Part shown: positions 37,601 to 51,500 of the stretch, piece by piece
Numbering within the stretch: position 1 is the stretch's first letter
Layout of the letters: each line of letters opens with the position of its first letter
NCBI RefSeq assembly: GCF_022539665.2
Contig: NC_081332.1
Coordinates: 5,146,001-5,210,000, forward strand
Direction: 5' to 3'
Length of the DNA stretch: 64,000 nucleotides
Origin: Daphnia carinata
Lineage: Eukaryota
Program-made: the position numbers and the translations under genes
Notes under the pieces: model-generated
What the model saw: the letters and a program-made list of their open reading frames with translations, nothing else
Databases searched by the model: none
Told to the model about the DNA's origin: nothing

Positions 37601-40268
37601 AAATCTCCGAATTCGGTAGGATGGTTTGTTTGTTGAACGTCTCGGATTCAGTTCGAAGTTTAATTGTGTGGTGTCCATTTAGATTGACTTCACCATCGGG
37701 AACACAGTCGGTGCTTTTATTTGAAAGACCCCGTGATGTCCTTGATTCATCCTTTGACGATTGGCCGTTTATGAGCGTCCATTTTTGGGGTGAAAGAGCT
37801 GCCGGAAGATGGAAGTTAGAGATTTTAAATGCTGGCGTAAAGCGTGTCAACAAAGCAGGTAAAGTTCCAGTGTTTACATCTTATTGAAAGTTATGACCAT
37901 TTCGATTGTTTTGATCCCAGGAATATTGAAAAAGTGGCAACTTGTGTTCTATGGGACGGATACGAATCCCATTCGTTTACGTTCGCTTCAAACACCGCGT
38001 CCCACATTTCCTAACCTTGGCGGTGGGGCAGCGACTATCGGTCGAGACGTTCACGGATTAACAGCCCCGCCATCGGTGGCCACGCCATTCGCGCCCACAT
38101 TCAAAAGCGTCGGCCGTGTTCCTAATCCAACCGGTAGCCAGTTGTTCTTTCCAGGCAATCCAGGATTTCGTCCGTCCAATTTCCCCAATACGGGCTACCC
38201 GGACTTCCTTCAGTTTGCCGGGAGCCAACCTGTAACTTACAGCGCTGCATTGGAAGCTACGCAGCCTTCCAATGTGGGGATAAAAAACAACTGTCCCAAC
38301 TTTAGGCTCGATGGGTATTTAAAAATGATTTATTTAAATGTGTTTTACCTCGTTTTTTTTTTCATTACATAAACGTTCTCTTTTGACAGGAATTGCGTCG
38401 ATGCCTGTCCACCGACAGGATATTACGTCTCACCAGAAATGGTGTGCTTGAATTGCCACAGTTCCTGTCGCAACTGCACTGGTGCTGAGTCTCATCAGTG
38501 TCTCTCTTGTGCACCGAAATTCAGTTTGGTAATAGATAAAAATCTTTGCGTGGAACATTGCCCCGACGGATATCATATGGGTATAATCTTTTGATTTTTA
38601 AAGGCTCTTCATGCAGATGAATAACATCCCTCACTTTCTTTTCTAGATGAAGCGAAGATGATGTGTATTCCCTGCCAGCCCCAGTGCAATACGTGTAACA
38701 GTGCGCTTGAATGTTCTAGCTGTGAATTCCGCTTTGTTATTCATGACGGCCAATGCCTAGCTTCTTGTCTACCTGGCTATTACGAGACCGACGATTATGC
38801 TTGCGCACCATGCGATACCAGTTGTTCGACGTGTCGTGGACCTCATCAGGACCACTGTGTTACCTGTGCCGACTCTTTCTCGGAATTTAACGGATCGTGT
38901 GTTCAACGCTGTCCAGCCGGTTTCTGGAGCCATGGGGTGTCTGGTAGCAAACAATGTTTACCTTGTCCGCCCGGTTGTGAAGCCTGTTCTTTGAAAGAGA
39001 ATGGCTTTGATCTTGTGTGCAGCCGATGTGCTGATCAATGGGTCCTCGACGTTTCTACTCTTCTCTGTCTAAATCCTTCAGCAAACATCTGTCCTGAAGG
39101 TATGTTTCATGTACCAATAAGTGCTGAAATACTAGACTAATCTTTGTATTTACATAGGCGAATATGTCGTAGAAGGCAAGTGCTACCCCTGCCACGGCTC
39201 TTGCAATCAATGCAGCGGCTCTTCGAGCTCTCAGTGTACTCACTGCACCAATCGCACCATGCACCTTGGGTCGTGTCTAGAATATTGCCCTCAAGGCACA
39301 TTTGTTGAAGCTGGTTCTGTAGATTTGAGGCACATTGAATTCTGTCGGCCTTGCCCACATGCTTGTGCTCAATGTGACGGTATGGATCATTGCACAGAAT
39401 GCCTAGGAGCCCTTCATTTGCAGAATGGCCGATGCCTTGCCTCATGCGAAGATGGGTAATGCACAAAAGACTTGTTCAGCGACGGTCTATTATTTAATGA
39501 TTTCAACTTTGTGCAGGTATTATAGTGACCGAGGAGTTTGCGTAAGGTGCCATGGAAGTTGCGCATCATGTAGTGGACCATTAGCCACCGACTGCACACG
39601 CTGTGCCAACGGCTTTTCTTGGCTGCAACATCACTGCCTTTCACAGTGTCATTTGGGTCATTATAACGTATCCCTTGGCTCTTTAATCGCGACGGAGTTT
39701 CAGACGCCTGCAAAGATGAATCAGTTTCTCTGCGCTCGCTGCCACGCCTCTTGCCAGATGTGCGAAGGAAATCCGCTCAATTGCCTTGCCTGCGCTGATG
39801 GATTTGTTTGGAACAATAGCACTTGTGTTCTTGCTTCAGTCGAGTGAGTGTCCTTACTTTCTCTGCTGCTAGTTGTACGTCTTAAATGGTGTTTGTGTTT
39901 ATTCATCTAGAGCGAGAATATTTGAAATCCCCTTAGTCGAGTTTGTCAAAGAGTCTGAAGGACGAGGCATCCGAGCGAAAGACAATGTGGAATCAGGCCA
40001 TTTCATCAGTGCTTCCCATTGGTTATTTGGGGTGGCTGCAAGTTTCATTGCTGGTCTTATTGTCGTCCTGGCAATTCAGGTATGTTTCTTGTTCATTTTA
40101 ATAGTGGTTCGCTGTAATTATGGTGATATTCTGCAGGTAAAATCACGCTCGAAGAAATATTCCCGAGTTCCGTTATCGAGTTCCGAAAATGATCACGAAA
40201 CCGGAAATGAGAAATTGCTTTTCGCGTCCGACGAGGACGAGAGCGATAATACGTATCCTAAAGTTTGA
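34681..40268 (+). CDS. Fur2: Furin-like protease 2 (furin2/PCSK5-type convertase with Cys-rich repeats and TM)
   Basis: Prodomain ending [35 protein letters not shown] domain RGN, many furin-like Cys repeats, TM, tail with YSRV and acidic cluster. Confidence 0.92.
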
Positions 40269-40768
40269 ATAGACAAAATACTTTCACCTGTGCAATCTGT
40301 GTATGCGTAGCACACAGAAATGCCATGACGATCTTTTTGGCTAGTTTCCCGACCAAAGGCGAAATAAATTTTTAGCCTCTTAAAATAAATGGCTAATAAT
40401 TGCCAGTGACAATCAGTCACGTAAAAATGGGATTTTTGAAACTTCATTGCTGCTATCCATTCAGTTGTTACTGTAAACGAGTAATGTGATGTTATTGTAA
40501 AGTTGTGTTGATATTGGACGAATTGCGTGTTCATACGCTGACGCATTTTCCATAATGTTGGATAAATACAAACATTTCCACAAACATTTTTATACGTCAC
40601 AATTTATTACGGTAAAAAAAAGACATCAATAAATGGCAGCGCCATAGTTTCAAGGGTTTGGCAATACTCGAACAGGCGATCAGTAAAATTTGTACGGGGA
40701 ATTTGCACATTTGATAAAAAAAGGAAACCTTTCAATGAAGAACTGTTGGGTCGACACTGGCAACGGAG

Positions 40769-42248
40769 TTAAAAATCTTCATCGAGTGTGAAAACATGAG
40801 CCCCGCTGCCCTTGCTGTTCATTACCCCTGCCTTCTGATATTCCCCAACTTTTTTCTCAAAAAAGTTTGTTTTCCCTTCAAGCGAAATGTGTTCCATGAA
40901 ATCGAAGGGATTTTCGACTTTGTATAACTAGAAAAAAATATATATTGATTATTAAAATGAAATAAATAAATAAAACGTTATTTGTGAAAGATTAATGCGA
41001 AATGGCAAACAGCTAGTCTTTACCTTCCCACACCCAAGTTCGATCAGAAGACGATCGGCTACGAATTCAATGTACTGGCGCATAAGTTTGCAGTTCATTC
41101 CAATCATTTCAACGGGAAGTGCATCGCTAAGGAATTCTTGTTCGATTTTTACAGCATTGTTCACGATTTCGACTACACGTTCTTTGGAAGGTTTATTAAC
41201 TGTAAAGTAAAGTTTTTTTTCTTGTAGCCCCAAGTTCGTAAAATTATGAAATTTTTAAATCATTTTACCTAAATGTTTGAACATGACGCATGCAAAATCG
41301 CAGTGCAGACCTTCATCTCTGGAAATCAGTTCGTTGGAGAATGTCAATCCTGGCATCAAACCTCGTTTCTTGAGCCAAAAAATTGCTGCAAAAGACCCAG
41401 AGAAGAAAATTCCCTCTACAGCAGCAAAAGCAACAATTCTTTCACTGTAAGGGGCTTCTTTGTTGCCAATCCATCTCATGGCCCACTCTGCTTTCTTGGC
41501 AACACAGGGCATGGTCTCAACAGCATTGAAGAGCCTAGTTCTCTCAGTAGAATCTTTGATGTAGGTTTCAATCAACAGGCTGTACATCTCTGAGTGGATG
41601 TTTTCCATGGCAATTTGAAAACCATAGAAACAGCGAGCTTCAGGTACCTTAACACAAAATTAAATTTAGGGATGTTTAATGGGACAAAATGTTTCTAAAT
41701 TACCTGAACTTCCTGAGCAAACCGTTCAACAAGATTTTCATTTACGATACCATCAGATGCAGCAAAAAATGCCAAAACATGAGAAATGAAGTGCCTTTCA
41801 TTAGGTTGAAGTTTATCCCAGTCATTCAAGTCCTGAAATAGCATGGGGTTAATTTCCTTGTCCAACATAGCATTGTATAGATTAAATGTAGTTTACCTTG
41901 GAAAGATCAACTTCTTCAGCAGTCCAGAATGAAGCTTCTGCTTTTTTGTACATCTGCCAGATGTCACGATATTGAATGGGAAACAGCACAAATCTGCTGG
42001 GGTTAGGACGCAGCAAAGGCTCATTCTGGTCAGTAATTTTTGATTGTAATGATTTCTATGGAAGAAAGAATAGAAAAGTACTTAGTAATGGGAATAGATT
42101 CTTAATGGAATTATATTACCTCAACTTGCTTTGCCGGCAATACGTTTTCGTCATGAGGCTGCAAGATTTTTTGACCAGACATAGAACTGCGGTTTTCTTT
42201 GTTGTCAGATGTGCTTAGATTGTCGAAACGTTGAGAAAGAAAAGACAT
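40769..42248 (-). CDS. RRM2: Ribonucleoside-diphosphate reductase small subunit
   Basis: KEN box, [39 protein letters not shown]-terminal FTLDEDF. Confidence 0.98.
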
Positions 42249-42333
42249 TTTAGTAATATATTTTAAAGAATTGTTCTTAAAACACTAGCAAAATCTGTAC
42301 TCGCGTATCACTTCCTTCGAAGACTAACAACGT

Positions 42334-42641
42334 TTTGGCGCCGAAATTGTCTTATATAGCTTGGATTACGTTAATTATAGGCCCGTCAGGTCTGTTTGGC
42401 GATTGATTGCTTAAGGCGCCATCTGTCTTGAATAATTGCGCTATTGTAAAATGTGAATTGCGCCTTTATTCATTACATGAACCTAGAATACGAGCTCCTT
42501 TATCATTTTTAACTTTGTTTAAATTTGTTCTACTGAAAATGGCTGTGATAAGTTGGTTGATGAGCATTCAAACAGATGCATGTGAAGCACAGAAATGAAG
42601 AGTCTGGAGGCCTTAATTGTAGAAAAAGTTTGGGCGCGAAA
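42334..42641. promoter_or_regulatory. E2F-like sites upstream of RRM2
   Basis: TTTGGCGCCGAAA at 42334 and GGGCGCGAAA near 42632 match TTTSSCGC; RRM2 is a classic E2F target. Confidence 0.6.
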
Positions 42642-43696
42642 ACCTGCTATTCTGTTGGACGACTGACAATCCAAATGGAGGAATTATACTGCAAGATCAA
42701 AATTGCGTAATAGCTTGAAAAAAAAAAGTGCGTAATACCTTTAGTATTTTGTTAAAAATGTATGATGTATCTATAACTTTGGTTTTTATCCCCCCAGCTT
42801 CATTTTAGAGTATGTGTTTGGAATGCAAAAGGCTGTTAATAACCATTTTATTTCTAGTTTCCTAAAACGCGTCTCTATGGTTTTTGAAGCTTCGTCTTTA
42901 TCGCCCATGTTTGTTTAGCACTAAATTTGCAACCAATTTAATTCATGTCTTTTGTTCGAACAGAAACATTTTTTCAAATGGGAGTGGCAATAGTGGAATT
43001 CTTTTTTTAACTTGTAGATTTGATGAAGAGGTTGACAAATTGTCTTTAATTTTATTCGAAAATGCACATGTCAAACTAATCACTCTTTACAACTTACGAC
43101 GAAGCTTCACCCTACCGACATTAATGTTGGCTGAGTTTCAAAATTCACCCTTAATCTTTCCATGCATCCAAATATTATTACCTTGCAACCAAAAGGACTA
43201 CAATTTGCTTATAATTGCTCTTCATATTTGAAGTTCGTTCGCTCCAAATGAGGAACACTGGAATAAAGTCCGTTTTATTTTAGCTTCGTTACAATCTTGG
43301 CAATTCAATCCAATGTAAAATCCCATGTAAACATAACCTCTTTGTACCATAACTATGCCTTTTCTGCCATCTTGTAACAACTGTAACAACCATCAGACGA
43401 TTTTTCTTGGAACTCCCATATAGTATTACTCTACAGATAACACCAAATTCTATGTTGTATTAAGACAAAATAATTTCATTATCATTGCTGCCTTTACCCT
43501 CTCAGGTAACTTAAGCATGAATCAAATTATCTGTCTTCATATGAAAATGTGATGCCTTGATACTAAGTCTCAAAACTTATTCCCATCATTAGAAGTATGA
43601 TGATTTTTTAATAACTTCTGTATACAAAAAAATTTTTAAACAAGAGGGATGATCAGAATGCCATGTATTCAATCATCTGACCACAATTAGAAACTT

Positions 43697-44402
43697 TTAA
43701 CGACGTTGGGCGGCGTTATTTCCCTGTCCTGGTCTGTTGTCCTGTTAATAAAAAAAAGTAAATCACAATGTTGCCAGAAACCAAAATGTTAGAAAAAACA
43801 AAAGCAAGGCGACTTACAGGTCGGTTGGGGAACCTTGGTGGAGGAGTCCTGATCTTTCTATCCTCACGTGAGCGATTGCGCACAACCTTGGAGTGGATGG
43901 CACATGACACACAGTAGTGCAATTTCGCATACAGCTTGGGCAAAGCAATGGCTACAAAAAAAGTTTTCATTATGTAGTGAACAAATGTAAGTGTTGGCTA
44001 AAACACAAGACTTACAGGCAAAAGCACTGGCATCAGTGATGTCACGAACAGCAGCAGCTTCCACAATGTTGCGGATGACAAACTTCTTGATGGCCTTATC
44101 CTTGGCTACACAGCGAGCACAGTTGGTGCACCGAACGGCACTAACGTGTCCGCGGCCGTGCTTGGAGCGTCCATTGTTGCGGCGTTTGCTAGTCTAGAAA
44201 AGATACATGAAAGTTAAACCCGGTCGCTCAGTCACTGAACGAGTCCCACTAGTATAGAATTTAGAGTGTTTCTATTTAATTTTGCAACAGAAGATGTATA
44301 CAATTAGTTCAAAAATAATAAATGCAAGTTTGTTTTTTCCCGATATACACTTTTTTAACCTTAATAATACATATATAGCAGAACTTGTCAAAAACATACC
44401 AT
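43697..44402 (-). CDS. RpS26: 40S ribosomal protein S26
   Basis: ATG-only first exon, then [16 protein letters not shown]...[19 protein letters not shown]...[17 protein letters not shown]; pyrimidine (TCT/TOP-like) tract near 44450-44465. Confidence 0.97.
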
Positions 44403-46146
44403 TCTCACGCTAGTGAAAACCTCAGAGGAATGGCTGATGGAAACTGAAGGGGAAGAAGAAGAGGCATGACGGCAACGTTGCAACTTCCTTTGACAAGAAA
44501 TGCACGATTTACATATATAAAAATAAGAATATGATGAAGTTAGATTAATTATGAATTCATCAATATCAAAACAAAAATGAATTAAAAACTTAAAATTTTT
44601 GAATAAATTGACAAGCTGATCATGATGGTCAGCTTAAAAATAAACAACTTTTAATTATGTAATAAACATGGCAGCAATGCTAAATTTATTGAGACTAAAC
44701 AGAACAAAATGATTGTCTGAAATTTGAAAGGAAAAAATACAAGGAAAAAATGTGGCGCTTAAACAAGACAGTATAAAAAAGTGATGAAGAACGTAAAGCT
44801 TTTTCTCTCAATATTCTTTAGAAGTCTAAAAGAAGTTTCATAAAGTTTTGAAATGCTGTCCTATATTCTAGTAAACTAAAGACAAATTTCTTTTCCATTT
44901 TTGAGTAAGCATATGAAGGTATAGGATTCCTGTAAATTGAATGGTACCCTTAATGTCAGTGAATTAAAAATATTGTAAATCATTTCAAAATTAAAGTTTT
45001 AAATCATGCAGGATTGGTAACATCTATCGAAGATCTAATGGCCAATGTCTGCAAAAAATATTAAATATTATTTTAAGTGACAAATAATATGTACCCACTT
45101 GCTTACAGAAATCTTAGTGATTATTTCTCCTTGGCTGATGTGGTTAAAAGGTAACTAGGTATTTGATAGTGGCAGGCGGCTTAACCGTAACAATACTACG
45201 AAGTCCTAACAATTTCTTTTTTGTACTGCCTTAATTACTATTATAGCTCTCTTTACTGCAAAAAATGTATTGGCTGCTCTAAGAAAAATCTATCAGAGCA
45301 TAATGTATAAGAAATCATTGGCTTGTTACTTATAAGCTCAAAAGAAAAAAGACACCACACAAAGAAGAATGGAAGACAAGTATTTTTAAATTGTTTGATT
45401 GTAATTTCAATCCCTAAACCAATCTGTTACAACTCTGAATCTTCAGCAACTTCCAGTTTGTGTCAGAGAAGATAAAACCATAACATATTGTTAATTTTAG
45501 AGGTTTATTTTCTTTTAATGAAAGCTCCTATGAGCCAGTGAATATTCGTCTTCGAAACGGTCCTTTATGGCGGCGTAAAAATGTCTTGCGAACGTTTAAC
45601 ATTTTTGAGGGCTTATATCTAGCATGACTTATGTACTGTACCAAATCCGAAAACTATGACTATGAACTTACCTACTATACTATGAAAAACCGACTTGGTT
45701 TCTATCCTCATTTTTTAAAATTCTCATTTGGTGCTTGCAACGCCAATCTCATGTCGATTTTGGCATCTACAGGGGGCATGCAAAAAACTTGACAACATTT
45801 ACAATTTTAGTACTTATGTCAGATGTTCTTTAATCGATTTAGGTGGTCACGTGTCAGCGAAGCCATTCGAGCGAGGCTTATCATTTAAAATCTTAACTTA
45901 CCAAAAGTAACTTATGACATTTGTCACCTTTCAATACTTTGTAATTATTCGTTACGGTTTGATCATCCTCGATGGCTTTTCCCTCGTCGAATAGCAAAAT
46001 AACCGAGTGTCCTTTTAATCCATGTACCTCTTTAATAGATTCGAAAGGATGACTTCCTTAAAAATCAAGTTTTGGCGACCCTTGTGGGGACTTCGCTCAC
46101 GACGCCACGCAGTTGCTTGTGCTGTATTTTCATGAGATGCTCAGTA

Positions 46147-46218
46147 TAATCCCATTAGGACCGAACCAACTGAACTTCATCCAATTTGCTCAACATAGGA
46201 CACCAGGCAGTATAAATA
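46147..46218 (+). promoter_or_regulatory. Palindromic homeodomain site plus TATA box upstream of arrestin
   Basis: TAATCCCATTA at 46147 (P3/RCSI-like, includes K50 TAATCC) and TATAAATA at 46211. Confidence 0.55.
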
Positions 46219-46279
46219 CTCACTTCCTAGCATTATTTTTTATCATTCGCCTCTGTAAAATCCTCCAACTGAAGCAAAA

Positions 46280-47926
46280 ATGGTGTACGCTCTTAAAGTT
46301 TTCAAGAAGACCTCACCTAATAGCAAGGTGACCGTTTATCTTGGCAAACGTGATTACATCGATAACATCACCAAAATCGAATCTGTCGGTAAGAGGTTTG
46401 ATTGTCGCTTTACATGAGAAAGCTATTAATCGTGATCGTTACTACGTAGATGGCGTCGCCTTGATTGATCCGGAGTACCTCAAAGGCCGCAAGTTGTTCG
46501 GTCAGATCGTTTGTAGCTTTCGTTACGGTCGCGAGGAAGATGAAGTCATGGGGCTCGAGTTCCAAAAGGACTTGCTCATGGCTTCCGGTGAGATCCGCGC
46601 CAGCCAGAAGAATGATCTCACCAAAATGCAGGTACACAGACCCCATATTTCATTCATGGCAAAACGATTAAACCCAACCATTTTTAACCTTTGATGTAAA
46701 GGAGCGTTTGATCAAAAAGCTTGGAAGCAATGCTTTCCCATTCATTTTTGAACTGCCGAAAAATGCCCCGCCATCGGTTACTCTGCAACCAGGAACAGAA
46801 GCTCAGGGTAAACCGTGTGGAGTTGAATACTTTCTGCGGGTCTTTGTCGGAGAGTCAATGGATGATCGTGCTCATAAAAGGTAAACGTTAATATCAAACT
46901 GTGAACGAAATAGTTCTTTAATTCCGAATTTTTATTCATTTTGCAGGAGCTCTGTCTCTATGGGTATCCGCGTAATTCAGTTTGCCCCGTCACAGGGACA
47001 ACAGGGACGCCAGCCATGCACAGTTGTACGTCGTGATTTCGTTCTAAGTCCCGGAGACTTGGAGATGGAGATTAATTTGGATAAACAGGTATTAAAAGTA
47101 TTGGGCAATTTTATAGGAAAGAAGTCCTTCTAATGTTTTGTTCTGCAGTTGTATCATCATGGAGAGCCTATCGCGGTAAACGTTGTCATTCAGAACCGTA
47201 GCAATAAAACAGTGAAGAAATTGCGTGCCCAAGTTCTACAATGTATTGATGTTTGCCTCTTCGAACACGGATCGTACAAAACGCCGGTTGTCACTCTCGA
47301 TACGTCGTAAGAATATCAGTCACAATTCCCCTTAGATTAAAAAATATTACCCCGCGATTTACTTTCACAAGTGAGGGCTGTCCTATCCCTCCAGGCGGTA
47401 CTTTGCACCGCACTTACACCATGACGCCACGTCTCGGGGCGGCCGTGGCTGACAGGCATGGTGTTGCTCTGGGCGGTCGTCTTCGCGATGAAGATACGGA
47501 ACTAGCTTCCACTACACTGTATAACAATATTATTTATTTTATCATTAAATTTTTTCTTATTCCTCTTTTTCATTCGGTTTTACATATGCTGGAAAAAACG
47601 AAAAACAGAATGGCCAACCCCGATGATCGCGATGGGTTTGGTATCATCGTGACTTATTTGATTAGAGTGAAGCTCTTCCTTGGAGCTTTAGCTGGTGAAT
47701 TGGTTGGTGAGCTCCCAATAATCATGATGCATCCAAAGGTACTAAGTACATTTGTAATCCAATTTGCATACGTTATCGATCGCATTGTTTTCAATTAAAA
47801 ATCCAGCCTAATCCAAAGAAGTTGCCACGCATGGATAGCGTAGCTTTTGAAACATTTGGCAGCAACTCTGTTGATGACGCTGGCCAAGACATGGATCGCA
47901 TGAAATTGGATGATGTGGACGAATAA
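46280..47926 (+). CDS. Arr1: Visual arrestin (arrestin-1 type)
   Basis: [62 protein letters not shown]. Confidence 0.88.
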
Positions 47927-48583
47927 ATAATAAGAAAAGGCCTTAACCCAGACATCCTTGAACAGACCCTGCCATATTTAAGAGCGCATGTCGCAGTCTT
48001 GTATAGAACTAGCCTACTGTGTGCTCCGCAGGTGTTGTCCACTAATTCCTTTGATTGATTATTGAATACTATTAGGTTTTCGCTATTATAGAAACAATAC
48101 ATCTTCCTCATACGCAATGTATTTTTCTTTCTTTTCAATCCAATAACCATGAACAATGACAGTGACATTTTATCTATGAGTCATGCTTGTTTTCAGAAAA
48201 GCCGGCAACTGTTTTCCAATGACGTATGCATGCAGTGTAAGAACATGGAATAGGAGAGTAAGAGGGTGATCTCTGAAGGATTTTGACTAAAGCATGCAGC
48301 GCCACAAATCGGTACGCGTGGGAATTCTACGAACTAGAACTATGAAGCCCTTTTAAAGGCTGGTTCAGGAGGCGCTGGGTTCAGTTAGAAGGCTACCTCT
48401 ACTTTCTAATACCGTGTTCAATAATGAATTCACATTCCTATGTATTCCCGCTATTCCGATAATTTCGTCTGTAGTTGCTCTGAGACGTCTGGGAGTACAC
48501 GTGTGTTAGTGAAAGGCTTCGTCATTGCCGGTGTTAAGATATTATATCAAATTTGAATCCAAGGCAAATTATAAAGCAATGAA

Positions 48584-51500
48584 ATGGCATTAGATATGGG
48601 ACTTATTATTTTGACGTTAGTAATCGGGCTTCTAATCGCCGTTCTAGTGTGGTCTCTCACTAAAAAATCCACACCGCCAAGCACTAAAGGTCAATAAACT
48701 TTTCTATCGTTTTACATCTTTCCAGTTTTTTCAAATCTCTTTGCCGATAACAGGAAAGAATGAAAAAAGTGCATACAGTAAAAAAGAGGGAAAGAAGACA
48801 TCAGGAATGCCATCTAAACTTCCCAAGAAGAAGGCTGCTCCAGCGGTCTCCAAGGATTCCAAATCAACATTCACTCATTCATGGCTGTTGACGTCATTGA
48901 AAGGCCACACTGGTGCCATCACTGATATGGATTTTAGCGCTAACGGGAAACATCTTGCCACTTGTGCAGAAGGTAATTTTCTTTTCTAGCAGTCTTGGTT
49001 GAGCAAAGTGTAATGATAGTTAGAATTAGATGAAGTATTTGTCTCCCAACCCATGGTAGAGACTCCAACCCCTAGTGAGACAGACTCTGGCTGTGTACTC
49101 AGCCGAAGACAGAAAAGAAATCGGATGAAGAAAAGCCAAGCTGGGAATAAGAAGAAAGAACATCCCACCAAGACTGTGGAAAGCAAGCAACGAATGAGGA
49201 GAGCCACTCCCTTGAAATATTACACTAGACTACAAATGAAGAATTCTGAACTTTATACTTACTTATACCAGTATGTCTTGCTCGATGACCAGCTGCTAAA
49301 TTTGGGTTATCCAGTTGAAAGTTCATTTTATCCTGATCGTGCCATTATTTACAAGACCCCAGAGGCAAACGTCACTTATTACCGAAGTGACGTGAGGCGT
49401 GCTTTTAGACATCAACCAGAAATAATTGAAATGGCTGAACATCTTTATAGCTCCGAACATGGGGATCCCTATGAAGAGAAACCACCGCTAAGTCCCAGCC
49501 TTGAGAAACGCTGTGTGAGATGTAAAAAGGGCTTTTTTGTCACACTGGATGGTGAATATCTCACTGAAGAAAGATGCATTTACCATTGGGGTCAATGGAA
49601 GCGCCCCTCATCACCAGGAGAAGCACATGGCTATACGTGCTGTGCAGGAGACGAAGGCTCATCTGGCTGCACTTCCGGTGATCTCCACGTTTGGAACGGC
49701 GTTAGCCCTGGAATGAATGGACCATTTACTGATTATGTCCGCACCACTCCAGGCAGCGGCTCCAAAATTCATTCGATATACGCTTTGGACTGTGAGATGT
49801 GCTACACCGGCCGTGGCCTGGAAGTTTGCAAAGTTTCCGTCATCAGCATCGATGGTTGTCTAGTTTACGAGGCCTTGGTGAAACCACATCACCGAGTGAT
49901 TGATTACAATACTCGTTTTTCTGGTCTTTGCGAGCAGGACCTGAAGAAGGCTACAAAAACTATAAATGATGTCCAGCGGGATCTACTTGGATTCATCTAT
50001 TCACAGACTATTCTCATCGGACATGGACTCGAAAATGACCTTCGTGCATTGCGTATTCTTCACTCAATTATAATCGATACTGCCGTCCTTTTCCCGCATT
50101 ATTTTGGTTTCCCCTTCCGACGCTCGCTCAAATCTCTCGTTGCCTCCTACCTGCAACGTAACATTCAGGTAGGCCATAACGGCCACGATAGCTTCGAAGA
50201 TGCGCGCGCCTGCGCCGAACTTGTTTTATGGAAAGCCGCGTGTCAATTACGACCGCGGCATAAATCTGAACACATGCCTTAAAGAATCAAACAATTCTCA
50301 AAATGGCACAATTTTTCCGTTGTCATTTTATTGATTCAATAATGTCTCTACACTCCTTTACTCAAAAGTCAAAGTGTTCTGCATTTGCGCGAAAAATACT
50401 CTTTATATTGCCAATCGCATTTGTCTCGTATTTATACCACTCTTTATAATTGTCTTTAAATTGTTATTATGTCTCTTTTACAACAATCAAGCAAAGCTCA
50501 AACGCTCAAAATACACTCGTGATTCGTCAATCGTGAATTATCCTCGGACGTTTCTGCTCATTATTCTGCCCCCCCCCCCCCCATCCCATAACGTCCATTG
50601 ATAAACTAATTCTTTATCGATTACCTGACTGCTTGCTTCCTAATTGATTCACATAGCTGCCTAATTAACTAATTGTTTTTTTTTTCTTTTCAAACCTAGA
50701 TCGTTCGCTGATGTTGTGGAAACTGAACTTTGACGGATTGGATTCGTCGGTCGTCGAACTCAACATGAACGACATCCGTACGGTTCGTGCACATGTTCAG
50801 TATGATTCCGCCACCCTTATTCGTTGGAGTCCTGATTCCAAGGCCTTGCTGACAGTCCGAGCTCTTGGTAATAATATTGAAATCTACAAGGTTATGAAAA
50901 AACCCGAGGCTGGTGGCCTCCCATCCGTGCAACCCTCTCACGCATTTGAAAAGGTAATTGAAACACATTGCGTTACAATTCAATTCTTGTTGTAAGTAAT
51001 GATTGGTTTTGTTTATATAGACCCGCGAAGCTGACTTGTTGGCCATCGATGTGGCAAGCACAGGGCGATTTATTATGACTTGTACGCCGAAAAACGAACT
51101 GGACATTCTTGATTTGAAGGGGAATTTATTAGCATCTATCGTAACCAATCAAATGGAGACATATTCGGCCAAGATCTCGCCTGATGGTCGATTCGTCGCT
51201 ACTTCTGGTATGCATTCTCTTCATCTCATGTGACATTTATTCATCACTGATTTTCCTCGCTCTTTTCCTCCTAGGATTCACGCCGGAGGTACGAGTTTGG
51301 GAGGTCGTTTTCTCTCGAACTGGTGAATTTGAGAAAGTGAGTCGTGCTTTTGAATTGGGAGGCCACACATCCGGCATCTCCAGCTTTGACTATAGCCCAG
51401 ATTCAGGGCGGATGGTTTCGGTTTCCAAGGACGGAACGTGGCGTCTATACAACACCAACAGTAATAGACCAATTGCAATCTCCTTTTTGTTTTTCGTTTA

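Noticed and set aside
42884..43500. 115-aa ORF and remnant-like sequence between RRM2 and RpS26
   Set aside because: No domain signal; other frames are riddled with stops
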